Assembly: GCA_040754455.1 (NCBI GenBank)
Contig: JBFMCP010000004.1
Coordinates: 52,413 to 116,412 of the forward strand
Reading direction: 5' to 3'
Length of the DNA: 64,000 bases
DNA from: Nitrospirota bacterium
Lineage (GTDB): Bacteria; Nitrospirota; Thermodesulfovibrionia; Thermodesulfovibrionales; Dissulfurispiraceae
Shown here: piece by piece, positions 41,584 to 51,377 of the stretch
How positions within the stretch are numbered: position 1 is the first letter of the stretch
How the letters are laid out: every line of letters begins with the position of its first letter
Notes under the pieces: generated by a model
The model's input: the letters and a program-made list of their open reading frames with translations, nothing else
Told to the model about the DNA's origin: nothing
Database searches by the model: none
Translations under genes and position numbers: made by a program

Positions 41584-42273
41584 TTAAAACGTGGTGAAAG
41601 CAAAATAAATTCCGACTATCATCAGCACGGCGCCGCTGATCTTTTTTGAGTAGAGGGAGAAGTTCCCGACGCCCCTGGCGCGTATGATATTTTCAGTAAA
41701 GCCCATAGAGAGCCCGGCGATAAAGATGAGCGCACAGTGTCCGATTGCATAGACGAACAAAAGGGCGCCTCCGTAGAGGATATCACCTTGAGTCGATACA
41801 TAGGCGAGGATGACCGCAAGCACCGGCGTTGCGCAGGGAGAAGAGACCGTGCCGGTGATGAGACCCAGCAGGAACGCCCCCCATAATCCTCTGGTCCTGA
41901 TCTCCCGTGTTTTCTGAAAGGGGAGGGGGATCGCTATAATACCCATGAGCTGCAACCCCATCAGTACGGCAATGACGGCCAGTCCGATGTAAAGCCATTT
42001 TCCCATAAAGCCGAGGAATTGTCCCATCACCGATGCCGCAGCGCCGAGCATGGTGAAGGTGATGGAGAGGCCGAGAATGAACACGAGGGAGTAGAGCGCG
42101 GCCTTTTTCTTGTTCCCTTCGGAATAGCCGCCCACATACCCGATTATCAACGGTATCGCAGCGAGAACGCAGGGGCTCGCTGCAGATACGAGACCGCCAA
42201 TGAATACGGCAAGGAAAGCAAGGCCGTGCTGGTCCTGGATGATTGATTGAATGTTGCTTAGAATTGTTTCCAC
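41584..42273 (-). CDS. CcdA/DsbD-type transmembrane thiol-disulfide electron transporter
   Basis: SPCVL and SPCATP motifs in a hydrophobic protein. Confidence 0.9.
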   Translation of the reverse strand: METILSNIQSIIQDQHGLAFLAVFIGGLVSAASPCVLAAIPLIIGYVGGYSEGNKKKAALYSLVFILGLSITFTMLGAAASVMGQFLGFMGKWLYIGLAVIAVLMGLQLMGIIAIPLPFQKTREIRTRGLWGAFLLGLITGTVSSPCATPVLAVILAYVSTQGDILYGGALLFVYAIGHCALIFIAGLSMGFTENIIRARGVGNFSLYSKKISGAVLMIVGIYFAFTTF

Positions 42274-42280
42274 TTTATCT

Positions 42281-42997
42281 CTACTTCCCCTGCCTCAGCT
42301 TTTCCGCAAAATAAGAAGGCAGTCCGCTTTCGATAATCGCTGAAGCGGTCTTTTCGACATCATAGGGAATTCGAACAAATTCGTTTTTTACCCCATCCTG
42401 TGTTATCTCGACGAGGGTGATACAGGTCCTTGGGTCACCGTCTTTCGGCTTCCCGACGCTTCCGGCATTTATGAAGACCTTGCCCCCGATATCCTTCCGG
42501 TATGGCTTATGGGTATGCCCGTAAATAAGGATGTCGGCATCTACCTTCTCAGCCATCTCTTCAAAGAACTTTTCCGGCCGCTCCTCATACCAGTAGAGAT
42601 TATTTTTCTTTGGGGTTGCATGAAAAATTATCACCTTTTTACCGTCGACCGTTAAGGATATTTCAAAAGGCAGCGTTCTCATATACTCTTTACTCTTTGG
42701 GGATGCGTGCTTTTTCGTCCATTCGAAGCCCAATGATGACATCTCAGCCTGAATCGGATCTTCGTATTTGCATCCGCAATGCTCCGTGTCATTACCCACT
42801 GTTTCGTCGTAGTTGCCCTGCACTCCGCTGATTTTATGCTCGATGAGGAAATCTATTACCTCGTTTACAAAAGGCGCATATCCCCCCAGATCTCCGAGAT
42901 GATATATCTGCTCCGCGCCTCTGGAAACAGCCTCCTGATACGCAGCTTTGAGGGCTTCCAGATTCCCATGAATATCTCCCAATATCCCTATTTTCAT
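42281..42997 (-). CDS. Metallophosphoesterase with a CGC insertion
   Basis: DIHGN, HLGD, GNYD, GHTH, NAGSVG; HCGCKY segment. Confidence 0.88.
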   Translation of the reverse strand: MKIGILGDIHGNLEALKAAYQEAVSRGAEQIYHLGDLGGYAPFVNEVIDFLIEHKISGVQGNYDETVGNDTEHCGCKYEDPIQAEMSSLGFEWTKKHASPKSKEYMRTLPFEISLTVDGKKVIIFHATPKKNNLYWYEERPEKFFEEMAEKVDADILIYGHTHKPYRKDIGGKVFINAGSVGKPKDGDPRTCITLVEITQDGVKNEFVRIPYDVEKTASAIIESGLPSYFAEKLRQGK

Positions 42998-43027
42998 TAT
43001 TCCTCTCGACAGCGCCTGTGCGTTGCC

Positions 43028-43408
43028 TCACAAGCCCATCTTTTTTAATACAGGGACGATCTCCTCATAGGAGAAATAGCCCATATGTCTGTAGACTTCT
43101 TTGCCGTTTTTATCGAGAAAGACCTGTACAGGGATCATATACACGCCGTATCTCATCGCCGTCTCCCTGTCTTTCTTGACATCGATGAAGATCACCTCGA
43201 GCTTCCCCTTGTAATTTGTTGAGAGCTTTTGCATCACCGGCTTCATCTGTTCGCAGGGAATGCAGCCTACCGAGCCCAACTCCAACATAACCACTTTGCC
43301 CTCTTTTTTCGCCTTTTTTAATGTCGCATCAAGCTGATCTGCACTGCTCAAGCCAGCTGTCAGCAGAATACTCAGTGCAACAATCGGGACCAGCAATCTT
43401 TTTTTCAT
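43028..43408 (-). CDS. Exported thioredoxin-family protein
   Basis: Signal peptide, CIPC, IPVQVFLD..GKE. Confidence 0.85.
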   Translation of the reverse strand: MKKRLLVPIVALSILLTAGLSSADQLDATLKKAKKEGKVVMLELGSVGCIPCEQMKPVMQKLSTNYKGKLEVIFIDVKKDRETAMRYGVYMIPVQVFLDKNGKEVYRHMGYFSYEEIVPVLKKMGL

Positions 43409-43432
43409 TCTTCCCTCTCGTAAATTTTGATC

Positions 43433-44515
43433 TTAGAGCGGACTTGTCTCTTTTACTCTGCAATATTCCACTGTGAAGTATTTCCTCTGGAAATACCGTG
43501 CTACAGTAACGAGCCCGATAAGAACAGGCACCTCAACCAGGGGCCCTATGACTGCTGCAAAGGCCGCCCCTGAGTTGATCCCGAAGACCGCAACAGCCAC
43601 CGCAATGGCCAGCTCGAAGTTGTTGCTTGCAGCGGTAAAGGACAGGGTAGCCGTCTTCTCGTAATCTGTCCTGAGCTTATGCCCCATGTAAAAGGAGACG
43701 AGGAACATAACGATGAAGTAAATGAGGAGCGGTATTGCAATGCGCACGACATCGAGCGGCAGCTTGACAATGTAATTGCCCTTCAACGAGAACATGACGA
43801 CAATGGTGAAGAGCAACGAGATGAGGGTAATCGGGCTTATCTTCGGTATAAAGACACGATCATACCAGTGCCTGCCTTTTATTTTGATAAGGCTGAACCG
43901 GGTGAACATGCCGGCGATAAAGGGAATTCCCAGATAAATGAAGACACTTTCGGCAATCTGGCCGATGGTAACTTCAACGACAGCTCCTTTAAGCCCGAAC
44001 CAGGTAGGGAGAATCGTAATAAAAATGTATGCGTAGACCGAATAGAAGAGCACCTGGAATATGGAATTAAAGGCGACCAGTCCAGCAGCGTATTCCGGGT
44101 CGCCGCAGGCGAGGTCGTTCCATACGATTACCATAGCGATGCAACGGGCCAGGCCGATCATGATGAGGCCGACCATATACTCCGGATAGGAGTTGAGGAA
44201 AACAATCGCAAGGACAAACATCAAGAGGGGACCTATGATCCAGTTCTGGATAAGTGAGAGGCCGAGAACCCTTTTATTTCTGAATACCTCGCCGAGCTCC
44301 TCATACTTCACCTTCGCCAACGGCGGATACATCATCAGGATAAGCCCGATAGCAATAGGTATGTTGGTGGTGCCTACCTGAAAGCGGTTGATAAAACCCT
44401 CGGTGCCGGGAATAAAGTACCCCAACCCGACACCCAAAGCCATCGCCGCAAATATCCACACGGTCAGATAACGATCGATGAAAGAAAGCCTTTTCCCCTC
44501 GTTGTTAGCCATCAC
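43433..44515 (-). CDS. acr3: ACR3-family arsenite efflux transporter
   Basis: [45 protein letters not shown]. Confidence 0.97.
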   Translation of the reverse strand: MMANNEGKRLSFIDRYLTVWIFAAMALGVGLGYFIPGTEGFINRFQVGTTNIPIAIGLILMMYPPLAKVKYEELGEVFRNKRVLGLSLIQNWIIGPLLMFVLAIVFLNSYPEYMVGLIMIGLARCIAMVIVWNDLACGDPEYAAGLVAFNSIFQVLFYSVYAYIFITILPTWFGLKGAVVEVTIGQIAESVFIYLGIPFIAGMFTRFSLIKIKGRHWYDRVFIPKISPITLISLLFTIVVMFSLKGNYIVKLPLDVVRIAIPLLIYFIVMFLVSFYMGHKLRTDYEKTATLSFTAASNNFELAIAVAVAVFGINSGAAFAAVIGPLVEVPVLIGLVTVARYFQRKYFTVEYCRVKETSPL

Positions 44516-44603
44516 AATTCCCCCTTATATTTAAGCGTAGTATCCGAATCTATGATTCTTATTTATCTCATTTATTGTTTTTTTCTTCGGCGACGGTGAA
44601 GCC

Positions 44604-44984
44604 TCAGCCTTTTCCACAACACACTGTCTTGCCCTTGATAGAGACTATTTTATCCTTTGAGTTCTTCCCCTTGAGGAATGCCTCAAGTCTTTTTTTGTCC
44701 TCTCGAACATCACTATCCGAAATCCTCTCGAGCACCGAAAGAATCAAAAACCGCTTGAACATATCTGAATCGTTTATGCTGTAGTGAATCCATTTGCCCT
44801 GTTTACGGTCCCTGATCAATCCCGCCTCTTTCAGGATTTTGAGATGGAACGATATCTTTGGTTGAATCGTATCGAGGGAGGCGACAATATCGCATACACA
44901 GAGCTCTCCACGTTCCAGAATCTTTAGTATCCTGAGCCGCGTATCATCGGAAAGCGCCTTGAGGGTATTCAATACATCTTGCAT
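44604..44984 (-). CDS. arsR: ArsR repressor
   Basis: KALSDDTRLRI, ELCVCDI box, C-terminal CC. Confidence 0.92.
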   Translation of the reverse strand: MQDVLNTLKALSDDTRLRILKILERGELCVCDIVASLDTIQPKISFHLKILKEAGLIRDRKQGKWIHYSINDSDMFKRFLILSVLERISDSDVREDKKRLEAFLKGKNSKDKIVSIKGKTVCCGKG

Positions 44985-44988
44985 AGCG

Positions 44989-45228
44989 CTAAACCTCTCC
45001 CTTGATCAATTCCTTCACTTTCTCGGGGCTCGGCAAGGGCTTTCCCGAATGCTTCAGCTTGCCGTTGACCACGAGGCCCGGCGTCGACATTGTATATTTC
45101 AAAATCTCCTGCATATCCGATATCTTTTCGACCTTTGCGTCGATACCGAGTTCCTTAACAGCCGATTTTGCCATCTCTTCCATCTTGTGGCAGTTAGCGC
45201 AGCCTGGTCCCAAAACCTTAATTTCCAT
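44989..45228 (-). CDS. Small redox-active disulfide protein (thioredoxin_3 type)
   Basis: IKVLGPGCANC, STPGLVVNG. Confidence 0.9.
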   Translation of the reverse strand: MEIKVLGPGCANCHKMEEMAKSAVKELGIDAKVEKISDMQEILKYTMSTPGLVVNGKLKHSGKPLPSPEKVKELIKGEV

Positions 45229-45259
45229 TGTCAGTCCTCCCTTTCATAAAAAGTGTAAT

Positions 45260-45721
45260 TTATGAGCAGCACTCATTTTTACATTTGCAGACATTAAGTT
45301 TCATCTCCTGAGCATTCGTACCGGCAGTAGAGCCTAAGGCTGCCTTGGAAATCGCCTCGACCAGCATCTGCTCGGGTACTGACTCGTAGACTTTTCCATC
45401 ATAGATAAAGGTATTACAATTCGATGCCTTCCCTGTCAGAGCGGAACAGGAGGGGCAGGAGGTCATCTGCGGCCTCTCTTCGCCGAGGATTTCCATAAGA
45501 TCTTTCCCGTCTATGCGAATGGTATTGGACAGGTGCAACTGCTCAGCTCCCAGTGCAATTTCTCTCAGTTCCAGGTCGATCCCTGCTGGTTTTAAAGCAA
45601 AGCGCATATCCTCAACGACTTTCTTCACCACTCCTGCGCTCTCTCCGCACCTGCAACAGGTCGTGCCTTCCTTTACATACCGATACCATTCGATGATTAT
45701 TTTTCTCTTCTCGTCGTTCAT
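45260..45721 (-). CDS. DUF2703-like Cys-rich thioredoxin-fold protein
   Basis: TCCRC, SNTIRIDG, CPSC..C, C-terminal CKC..CC. Confidence 0.75.
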   Translation of the reverse strand: MNDEKRKIIIEWYRYVKEGTTCCRCGESAGVVKKVVEDMRFALKPAGIDLELREIALGAEQLHLSNTIRIDGKDLMEILGEERPQMTSCPSCSALTGKASNCNTFIYDGKVYESVPEQMLVEAISKAALGSTAGTNAQEMKLNVCKCKNECCS

Positions 45722-45740
45722 TTGTTAATATCCGTTCTCC

Positions 45741-46691
45741 TTATAGAATTGCATTAAACAGATAGCCGACTGCTATGATGGTTACCGTCATTATCCCGAC
45801 AAAAACACCGAGAAGCTGAACCTTCAAGACCTTCCGCAGGATAATCATTTCAGGCAGCGATAATGCCGTCACTGCCATCATGAATGCAAGTACCGTTCCC
45901 ACGCTGAGCCCCTTTTCCATGAGCGCATAGACAATCGGTATCACCCCGGCTGCATTGGAGTAAAGGGGCACGCCCAATGCGACCGCCACGGGGACGGCGA
46001 AGGGATTCTGCGGACCGGCGTAGTGGACTAAAAAGTCCTGCGGCACATAGCCGTGGATGAATCCGCCTATGCCGATAGCTATAATGATGTAAAGCCATAC
46101 CTTCTTCAAGATATCAACGGTGTTCCACTTCGCATATGCCAGTCGCTCCTTGAAGGCCTGTTTTATCACTTCTTGTCCCTGTCCGGTGTGAATCTTGTAG
46201 ACATACTCCTCAACCCACTTTTCTAGTCTAAGCTTTCCAATGATGAGTCCTCCGAAAATAGCGACAAGAAGCCCTGTCCCCATATATATTGCCGCTACTT
46301 TCCATCCGAAAAGCCCGAACAGCAGGACGACGGCCACCTCGTTCACCATAGGTGATGAAATTAAGAATGAGAAGGTCACCCCGAGCGGAACCCCTGCCTC
46401 GACGAATCCGATGAATAAAGGAACCGCAGAGCAGGAGCAGAAGGGAGTGACGACGCCGAGCAATGCGGCGAGGATATTACCTATAAACTCTTTTTTATGA
46501 GAAAGGATCTTCTTCGTCCGTTCCGGGGGGAAATAGCTCCTGATGACCGAGACGATGAATATAATGACCGAAAGGAGAAGAAAAATCTTGAGCGTATCGT
46601 ATATGAAAAACTCCAGAGCGTCGGCCAGGCGCGAACCGTGCTCCAACTTCAAAGTCGTGTAAGTGACATATGCGGCAAAGCTCTTCAGCAT
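45741..46691 (-). CDS. arsP: ArsP-family (DUF318) permease
   Basis: TPFCSCS, PLGVTFSFLISSPMVNE, VTALSLPE; ATG at 46691 after AAGGAGG. Confidence 0.88.
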   Translation of the reverse strand: MLKSFAAYVTYTTLKLEHGSRLADALEFFIYDTLKIFLLLSVIIFIVSVIRSYFPPERTKKILSHKKEFIGNILAALLGVVTPFCSCSAVPLFIGFVEAGVPLGVTFSFLISSPMVNEVAVVLLFGLFGWKVAAIYMGTGLLVAIFGGLIIGKLRLEKWVEEYVYKIHTGQGQEVIKQAFKERLAYAKWNTVDILKKVWLYIIIAIGIGGFIHGYVPQDFLVHYAGPQNPFAVPVAVALGVPLYSNAAGVIPIVYALMEKGLSVGTVLAFMMAVTALSLPEMIILRKVLKVQLLGVFVGIMTVTIIAVGYLFNAIL

Positions 46692-46720
46692 GTAATTTCC
46701 TCCTTCGTCTGCATGAACAT

Positions 46721-46749
46721 ATATAAACAAAAATTGATATGAATGTCAA
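46721..46749 (-). promoter_or_regulatory. Sigma70-type -35 overlapped by a putative ArsR operator
   Basis: Minus strand TTGACA followed by the imperfect palindrome ATATCAA-N6-TTTATAT. Confidence 0.7.
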
Positions 46750-46819
46750 GGGGGGAAAGCCCCGTGCTGATTGTGCATACCTTGCTATTTTTTTATCTAA
46801 ATGATAATAATGAGTCTAT

Positions 46820-47938
46820 ATGCTGCTGACCGAGCCCTACTATCTTTTTGCGTTGAACCTTCTTTTAGGCGCCGTCCTCGGTGCCGTTTTTTACAAGTCC
46901 GATTATTGTATGGCCGGCGTGTTCAGGGATGTGTTCCTGTTCAAACAGTACTCCCTGCTCAGGTCGCTTCTTCTCCTCCTGGTGATTTCAATGGCGTTAT
47001 TCTACGTGGCCCGAACGGCGGGCCTTGTCACGTTTTACCCCCCTCCGACCTATACGTATCCATCACTGGCTACCCTTTTCGGCGGAGTGGTGTTTGGTAT
47101 GGGAATGGTTTTGTCGGGCGGCTGCGTCGTTAGTACACTCTATAAAATGGCGGCCGGCAATCTGACCAGCCTCGTAGCGTTTGCAGGCATTATTGCAGGA
47201 TCCCTTATGTATGCCGAGTCCCATCCGTTCTGGGAGTCTTTTCGTCAGCGTACTGTAATTGCGACCCGGATGTCCTTATTCGAGAAAACGCCCGATGTCG
47301 AAATGGTCGTTGTAACAGCCATGACCATCGGCTTTCTGGTGCTCTTTGTGAAATGGATGCGGCAGGATAAATGGAGGATCGATGCGTTTGCTGAGGGATA
47401 CCTGCAACCATGGAAGGCGGCGATCATCATTGCCATCGTAAATGTTCTGGCGTATATCTTTTCAGGGTGGCCCATCGGTATCACCACGGCGTATGCGAAA
47501 TTGGGGGCCTATATTGAAAATATTTTTATTCCCTCTCGTCTTGCAACGCTGGCATATTTTAACCAGGATTCTGTAGTAGTCCCTCTGTCTGGAAGCATCA
47601 TCAGCGGCGGCGCAGGTCCCAGGGTCGATGTCATATCTTTTACCGAACTGCCTCTTGGTATCGGGATTGTCGCAGGAGCATTTTTTACATCGGTACTCCT
47701 GAGAGAATTCAAAATATACGGACTGCCCCCGAGAAGGCAGCTTATGGCCGCTCTTGTGGGTGGAATGCTTATAGGATTGGGCACAAGAATCGCAAAAGGC
47801 TGTAATATAAAATTTATCTTGGGAGCGCTGCCGCTTTTTGCCCTGCAGGGGATTGTATTCTTGTTCGGCATGGTCGCCGGAACATATGTTGGCGTTCTAC
47901 TGTTGAAGAGGATAGTGTTCGAGATAAAGGGGGAGTGA
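46820..47938 (+). CDS. YeeE/YedE (TsuA-like) sulfur-compound transporter
   Basis: Duplicated hydrophobic repeat with three Cys: DYCMAG, GMVLSGGC, RIAKGCNI. Confidence 0.9.
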   Translation: MLLTEPYYLFALNLLLGAVLGAVFYKSDYCMAGVFRDVFLFKQYSLLRSLLLLLVISMALFYVARTAGLVTFYPPPTYTYPSLATLFGGVVFGMGMVLSGGCVVSTLYKMAAGNLTSLVAFAGIIAGSLMYAESHPFWESFRQRTVIATRMSLFEKTPDVEMVVVTAMTIGFLVLFVKWMRQDKWRIDAFAEGYLQPWKAAIIIAIVNVLAYIFSGWPIGITTAYAKLGAYIENIFIPSRLATLAYFNQDSVVVPLSGSIISGGAGPRVDVISFTELPLGIGIVAGAFFTSVLLREFKIYGLPPRRQLMAALVGGMLIGLGTRIAKGCNIKFILGALPLFALQGIVFLFGMVAGTYVGVLLLKRIVFEIKGE

Positions 47939-47940
47939 AA

Positions 47941-48189
47941 ATGTCAGAGAGAAAGACCATAGACCTCAACATACTGGGACAGGTGTGCCCTGCCTGTCTG
48001 CTTGTCGCCATCAAGGAGATGAACAATAATCGTAACGAGTTGAAGAGCGGCGAGGCCGAGCTTGTCATAAAGACGGACCACCGGTATGCAACGAGAACAA
48101 TCCCAGATTCTGCAAAAGCCATGGGATTTAACGTCGATATCAAAAAAGAAGAAACCTACTACGAAATAAAGATAAGTAAAAGACAATGA
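47941..48189 (+). CDS. TusA/YeeD-family sulfur carrier (CPAC variant)
   Basis: IDLNILGQVCPAC, L.IKTDH..A..TIP; about 80 aa; follows yeeE. Confidence 0.82.
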   Translation: MSERKTIDLNILGQVCPACLLVAIKEMNNNRNELKSGEAELVIKTDHRYATRTIPDSAKAMGFNVDIKKEETYYEIKISKRQ

Positions 48190-49883
48190 CCCCTGAGCCG
48201 GAAGACAACAGCCCTTCGCCGAATACTCCGCAAAATGACGATCATGAATTGCAGGAGACCAACCGGCGCTATGCAACATACATCAGGGAAAAGGTCAACC
48301 AGCTTCTTCAGGTGATCGGAACGCTCCCCCTGAGCCCAGAAGAACTGGATGACGATACCCTGCTCGACCTCGACCCCATCGGTATTGTAGCGGGTTCATT
48401 CGAACAGATACTCGAATACCATAAGGAGATTATTACCGAGCTTCGTATGGCCCGCGACGAGCTCCAGGCCATATTCGATGCTACCGGTGTAGGAATCTCC
48501 ATTATCGATAATGACTTCAGAATTATTAAGTGCAACGAAAAGCAGAGGGAGCTTCTGGTCGATAAGGACATGCACGATATTACCGGCAAATACTGTTACG
48601 AGGTCTATTGCAATAAAGAGTCGCCGGGGCTTGACTGTCCTGCGGTTGACACCTTGGCGACAGGCAGATCAGTCATTATTCGTGAGGTTGAGAAGAAGGG
48701 GAAGCATTTTCAGATAGTAACCACCCCGTTCAAGGACGGCGAGGGCGGCGATGTTGGAGTCATAGAGGTTCTGCTCGATATAACGGAAAAGAAGCGGGCC
48801 GAGGATGCGGAGAAGGAACAGAGGGGCTTCTACCTGACTGAGAAATCGAAACTTGCCACTATCATCCAGAGCCTGTCAGACGGGCTTTTTGTTACCGACA
48901 AAGAGGGGACTGTTGTGTCGTTCAATAACGCCGCGCAGAAGATAACAGGCTATTCCGAAACGGAAGCGGTCGGCATGCCATATGAGAATTTTTTGGCTAT
49001 GCTTGCTCAAGGGACTGCGGGAAACCATATCAGCGGCAAGGATTTCAGGAATACCGAGTTGACCGTTCTCACAAAGGATAAACAGCAGCTTGTCCTTTCC
49101 CTTACGTCAGCCCTGGTGAAGGACAGCGAGGACAGGGCGATAGGGAAGGTTTTTACCTTCAGGGACGTCACCGAAGAAAAGCAGCGGCAGGAGGTCTATC
49201 ACCGGACCGAAAAATTGGTTGCCCTGGGCCAGCTGTCTGCCGGAATAGCCCATGAGCTGAATACTCCTCTGGGGAATATCCTGGGATACGCGCGCCTCAT
49301 GATGAAAGACAAAAATCTGTCATCTCTTCAGAAGGAACGGCTGGAGATCGTTGCTGAACAGGCAAAAAAGAGCAACGCCATCATAAAGGACCTTTTGAGT
49401 TTTGCGCGGCAATCGAATCCTGCCTTGAGAAATATAAGAGATGTCGATATCAACGCCATCGTGACCGATGTGTTGAGAATACTCAGAACCGAGACGGAAA
49501 AACACGGCATCAGCGTGCATGCCGGCCTGGGAAGTCTGTTGACGATAAAGGCAGACGCCAGACAAATAGAGCAGGTGATACTCAATATCGTGCTCAATGC
49601 CATCCAGGCCATTGGGGATAACGGGGAGATATGGGTGAAGACAGCCTGTAAAGACAGGTCGGTGATCATCGAGATCAAGGACAATGGCCCTGGCATTCCT
49701 GATGAGGTCAAACCAAGAATTTTCGATCCTTTCTTTACTACAAAGCCGGTGGGCAAGGGAACAGGACTCGGGCTCTCAATATGTGCAGGGATAGTCAATG
49801 AGCACGGCGGATCGATCGATGTAGAAAGCAGAGAGGGCAAGGGGACTACTTTTACTATCGCCTTGCCGGTCCATAATTCGTAA
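48186..49883 (+). CDS. Cytoplasmic two-PAS sensor histidine kinase
   Basis: No TM segment; Cys-rich first PAS; AHELNTPL; ATGA overlap with the tusA-like gene. Confidence 0.9.
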   Translation: MTPEPEDNSPSPNTPQNDDHELQETNRRYATYIREKVNQLLQVIGTLPLSPEELDDDTLLDLDPIGIVAGSFEQILEYHKEIITELRMARDELQAIFDATGVGISIIDNDFRIIKCNEKQRELLVDKDMHDITGKYCYEVYCNKESPGLDCPAVDTLATGRSVIIREVEKKGKHFQIVTTPFKDGEGGDVGVIEVLLDITEKKRAEDAEKEQRGFYLTEKSKLATIIQSLSDGLFVTDKEGTVVSFNNAAQKITGYSETEAVGMPYENFLAMLAQGTAGNHISGKDFRNTELTVLTKDKQQLVLSLTSALVKDSEDRAIGKVFTFRDVTEEKQRQEVYHRTEKLVALGQLSAGIAHELNTPLGNILGYARLMMKDKNLSSLQKERLEIVAEQAKKSNAIIKDLLSFARQSNPALRNIRDVDINAIVTDVLRILRTETEKHGISVHAGLGSLLTIKADARQIEQVILNIVLNAIQAIGDNGEIWVKTACKDRSVIIEIKDNGPGIPDEVKPRIFDPFFTTKPVGKGTGLGLSICAGIVNEHGGSIDVESREGKGTTFTIALPVHNS

Positions 49884-49893
49884 TGGGGGGCAG

Positions 49894-51237
49894 ATGAAAA
49901 AGCCCGAGATACTCGTTGTCGATGATGACATGAGGATGCGGCAGCTTATCAGCGATGTGCTCAAAGAGGACGGTATCGTTCCTCTTCTGACCGATGACAG
50001 CAGGGAAGCGCTCAGGATCATTGACAACCGGACTATCGATATCGTCATCACTGACCTGAAGATGCCCCATGTCGATGGCATTGGAGTGTTGGCGCATGCA
50101 AAGGAAGTCAATCCTGATACGCTTGTCATCGTCGTTACCGGCTATGGCACCGTTGAATCGGCCATTGAGGCAATGAAGAAAGGCGCATACGACTATATTC
50201 AGAAGCCCTTCGAGCCTGATGAGTTCCTGATGCTTTTCAGAAGGGCGCGGGAGCATGTTCATCTGGTGCGTGAGAACAGGCAGCTCCTGAGAGAGATAGA
50301 GGGATGTAAATATGACGAAATTATCGGGACGAGCAAGGCCACCTCTGATGTAAAGGAGCTGATCGCCCGCATCGCGCCCTTTGATACGACGGTCCTCGTA
50401 CAAGGCGAGACCGGCACCGGCAAGGAACTGGTGGCGCGGCTCATTCACGAAGGCAGCAAGAGAAGGAATAAGCGGTTCCTTCCGGTCAACTGCGCCGCCC
50501 TCTCAGAGTCGCTGCTCGAAGCCGAGCTCTTCGGCCATGAGAAAGGCGCCTTCACCGGTGCCGAAATGCAGAAGAAGGGGCTGTTTGAGTCTGCGCAGGG
50601 AGGGACGATAGTGCTCGATGAGATGAACGCCACTTCCACCAATTTCCAGGTGAAACTTCTGAGGGTGCTTCAGGAGGGCACGCTTTTGAGGGTAGGCGGA
50701 ACAGAGCCGATAAAGGTCGATGTGCGTATTATTGCGACTTCAAATGTGCCGCTCGAAAAAGAGGTTGCCGCCGGTAGATTCAGGCAGGACCTGTTCTACA
50801 GACTGAATGTCGTTACCGTCGAGATTCCCCCGTTAAGGAAACGGAAGGAGGACATTCCCTCGCTTGCCTATTATTTCCTTGGTAAGTACGCGAATAAGCA
50901 TAACAAGAAGGTGCATGGCATTGCTACCGAGGTGCTCAAGCGGCTTATCGAGTATTCCTGGCCGGGCAATGTGAGAGAGCTCGAGAATGTGATTGAAAGA
51001 GCGGTGATCATGGAGGGCAGCGATGAGTTGCAGTTTGTTCATTTGCCGAAAGATTCCCGGAGAGATTTGGATTATCAGGATATGTGCTCGGCGTTGATGA
51101 GCATCGACGATATGGAAAAAATCCTTATACAAAGAACGCTCGAAAGTCTCCAGGGGCAGAAGGTTAAAGCCGCTGAGGTTTTGGGAATAAGCACCACATC
51201 GCTTTGGAGAAAGATCAAAAAGTATCATTTAGAATAG
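49894..51237 (+). CDS. Sigma54-dependent response regulator
   Basis: REC, GETGTGKE, GAFTGA, HTH. Confidence 0.93.
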   Translation: MKKPEILVVDDDMRMRQLISDVLKEDGIVPLLTDDSREALRIIDNRTIDIVITDLKMPHVDGIGVLAHAKEVNPDTLVIVVTGYGTVESAIEAMKKGAYDYIQKPFEPDEFLMLFRRAREHVHLVRENRQLLREIEGCKYDEIIGTSKATSDVKELIARIAPFDTTVLVQGETGTGKELVARLIHEGSKRRNKRFLPVNCAALSESLLEAELFGHEKGAFTGAEMQKKGLFESAQGGTIVLDEMNATSTNFQVKLLRVLQEGTLLRVGGTEPIKVDVRIIATSNVPLEKEVAAGRFRQDLFYRLNVVTVEIPPLRKRKEDIPSLAYYFLGKYANKHNKKVHGIATEVLKRLIEYSWPGNVRELENVIERAVIMEGSDELQFVHLPKDSRRDLDYQDMCSALMSIDDMEKILIQRTLESLQGQKVKAAEVLGISTTSLWRKIKKYHLE

Positions 51238-51243
51238 CGTTTC

Positions 51244-51275
51244 ATTTCATTTTGAAATATATTTCATTTTGAAAT
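51244..51275. promoter_or_regulatory. Tandem palindromic upstream activator sites
   Basis: Two identical ATTTCATTTTGAAAT copies at 51244 and 51261. Confidence 0.75.
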
Positions 51276-51318
51276 GCCCTTGCTTTTCTAACTCTCTGAA
51301 ACTTAAGTAAATGCTAGC

Positions 51319-51334
51319 TGGCACGCCTATTGCA
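51319..51334 (+). promoter_or_regulatory. Sigma54 promoter for the rhodanese gene
   Basis: TGGCACGCCTATTGCA. Confidence 0.92.
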
Positions 51335-51377
51335 CTTCCCATAGCAAAAATAACGAAAAAGTCCGAAGGAGGATACC

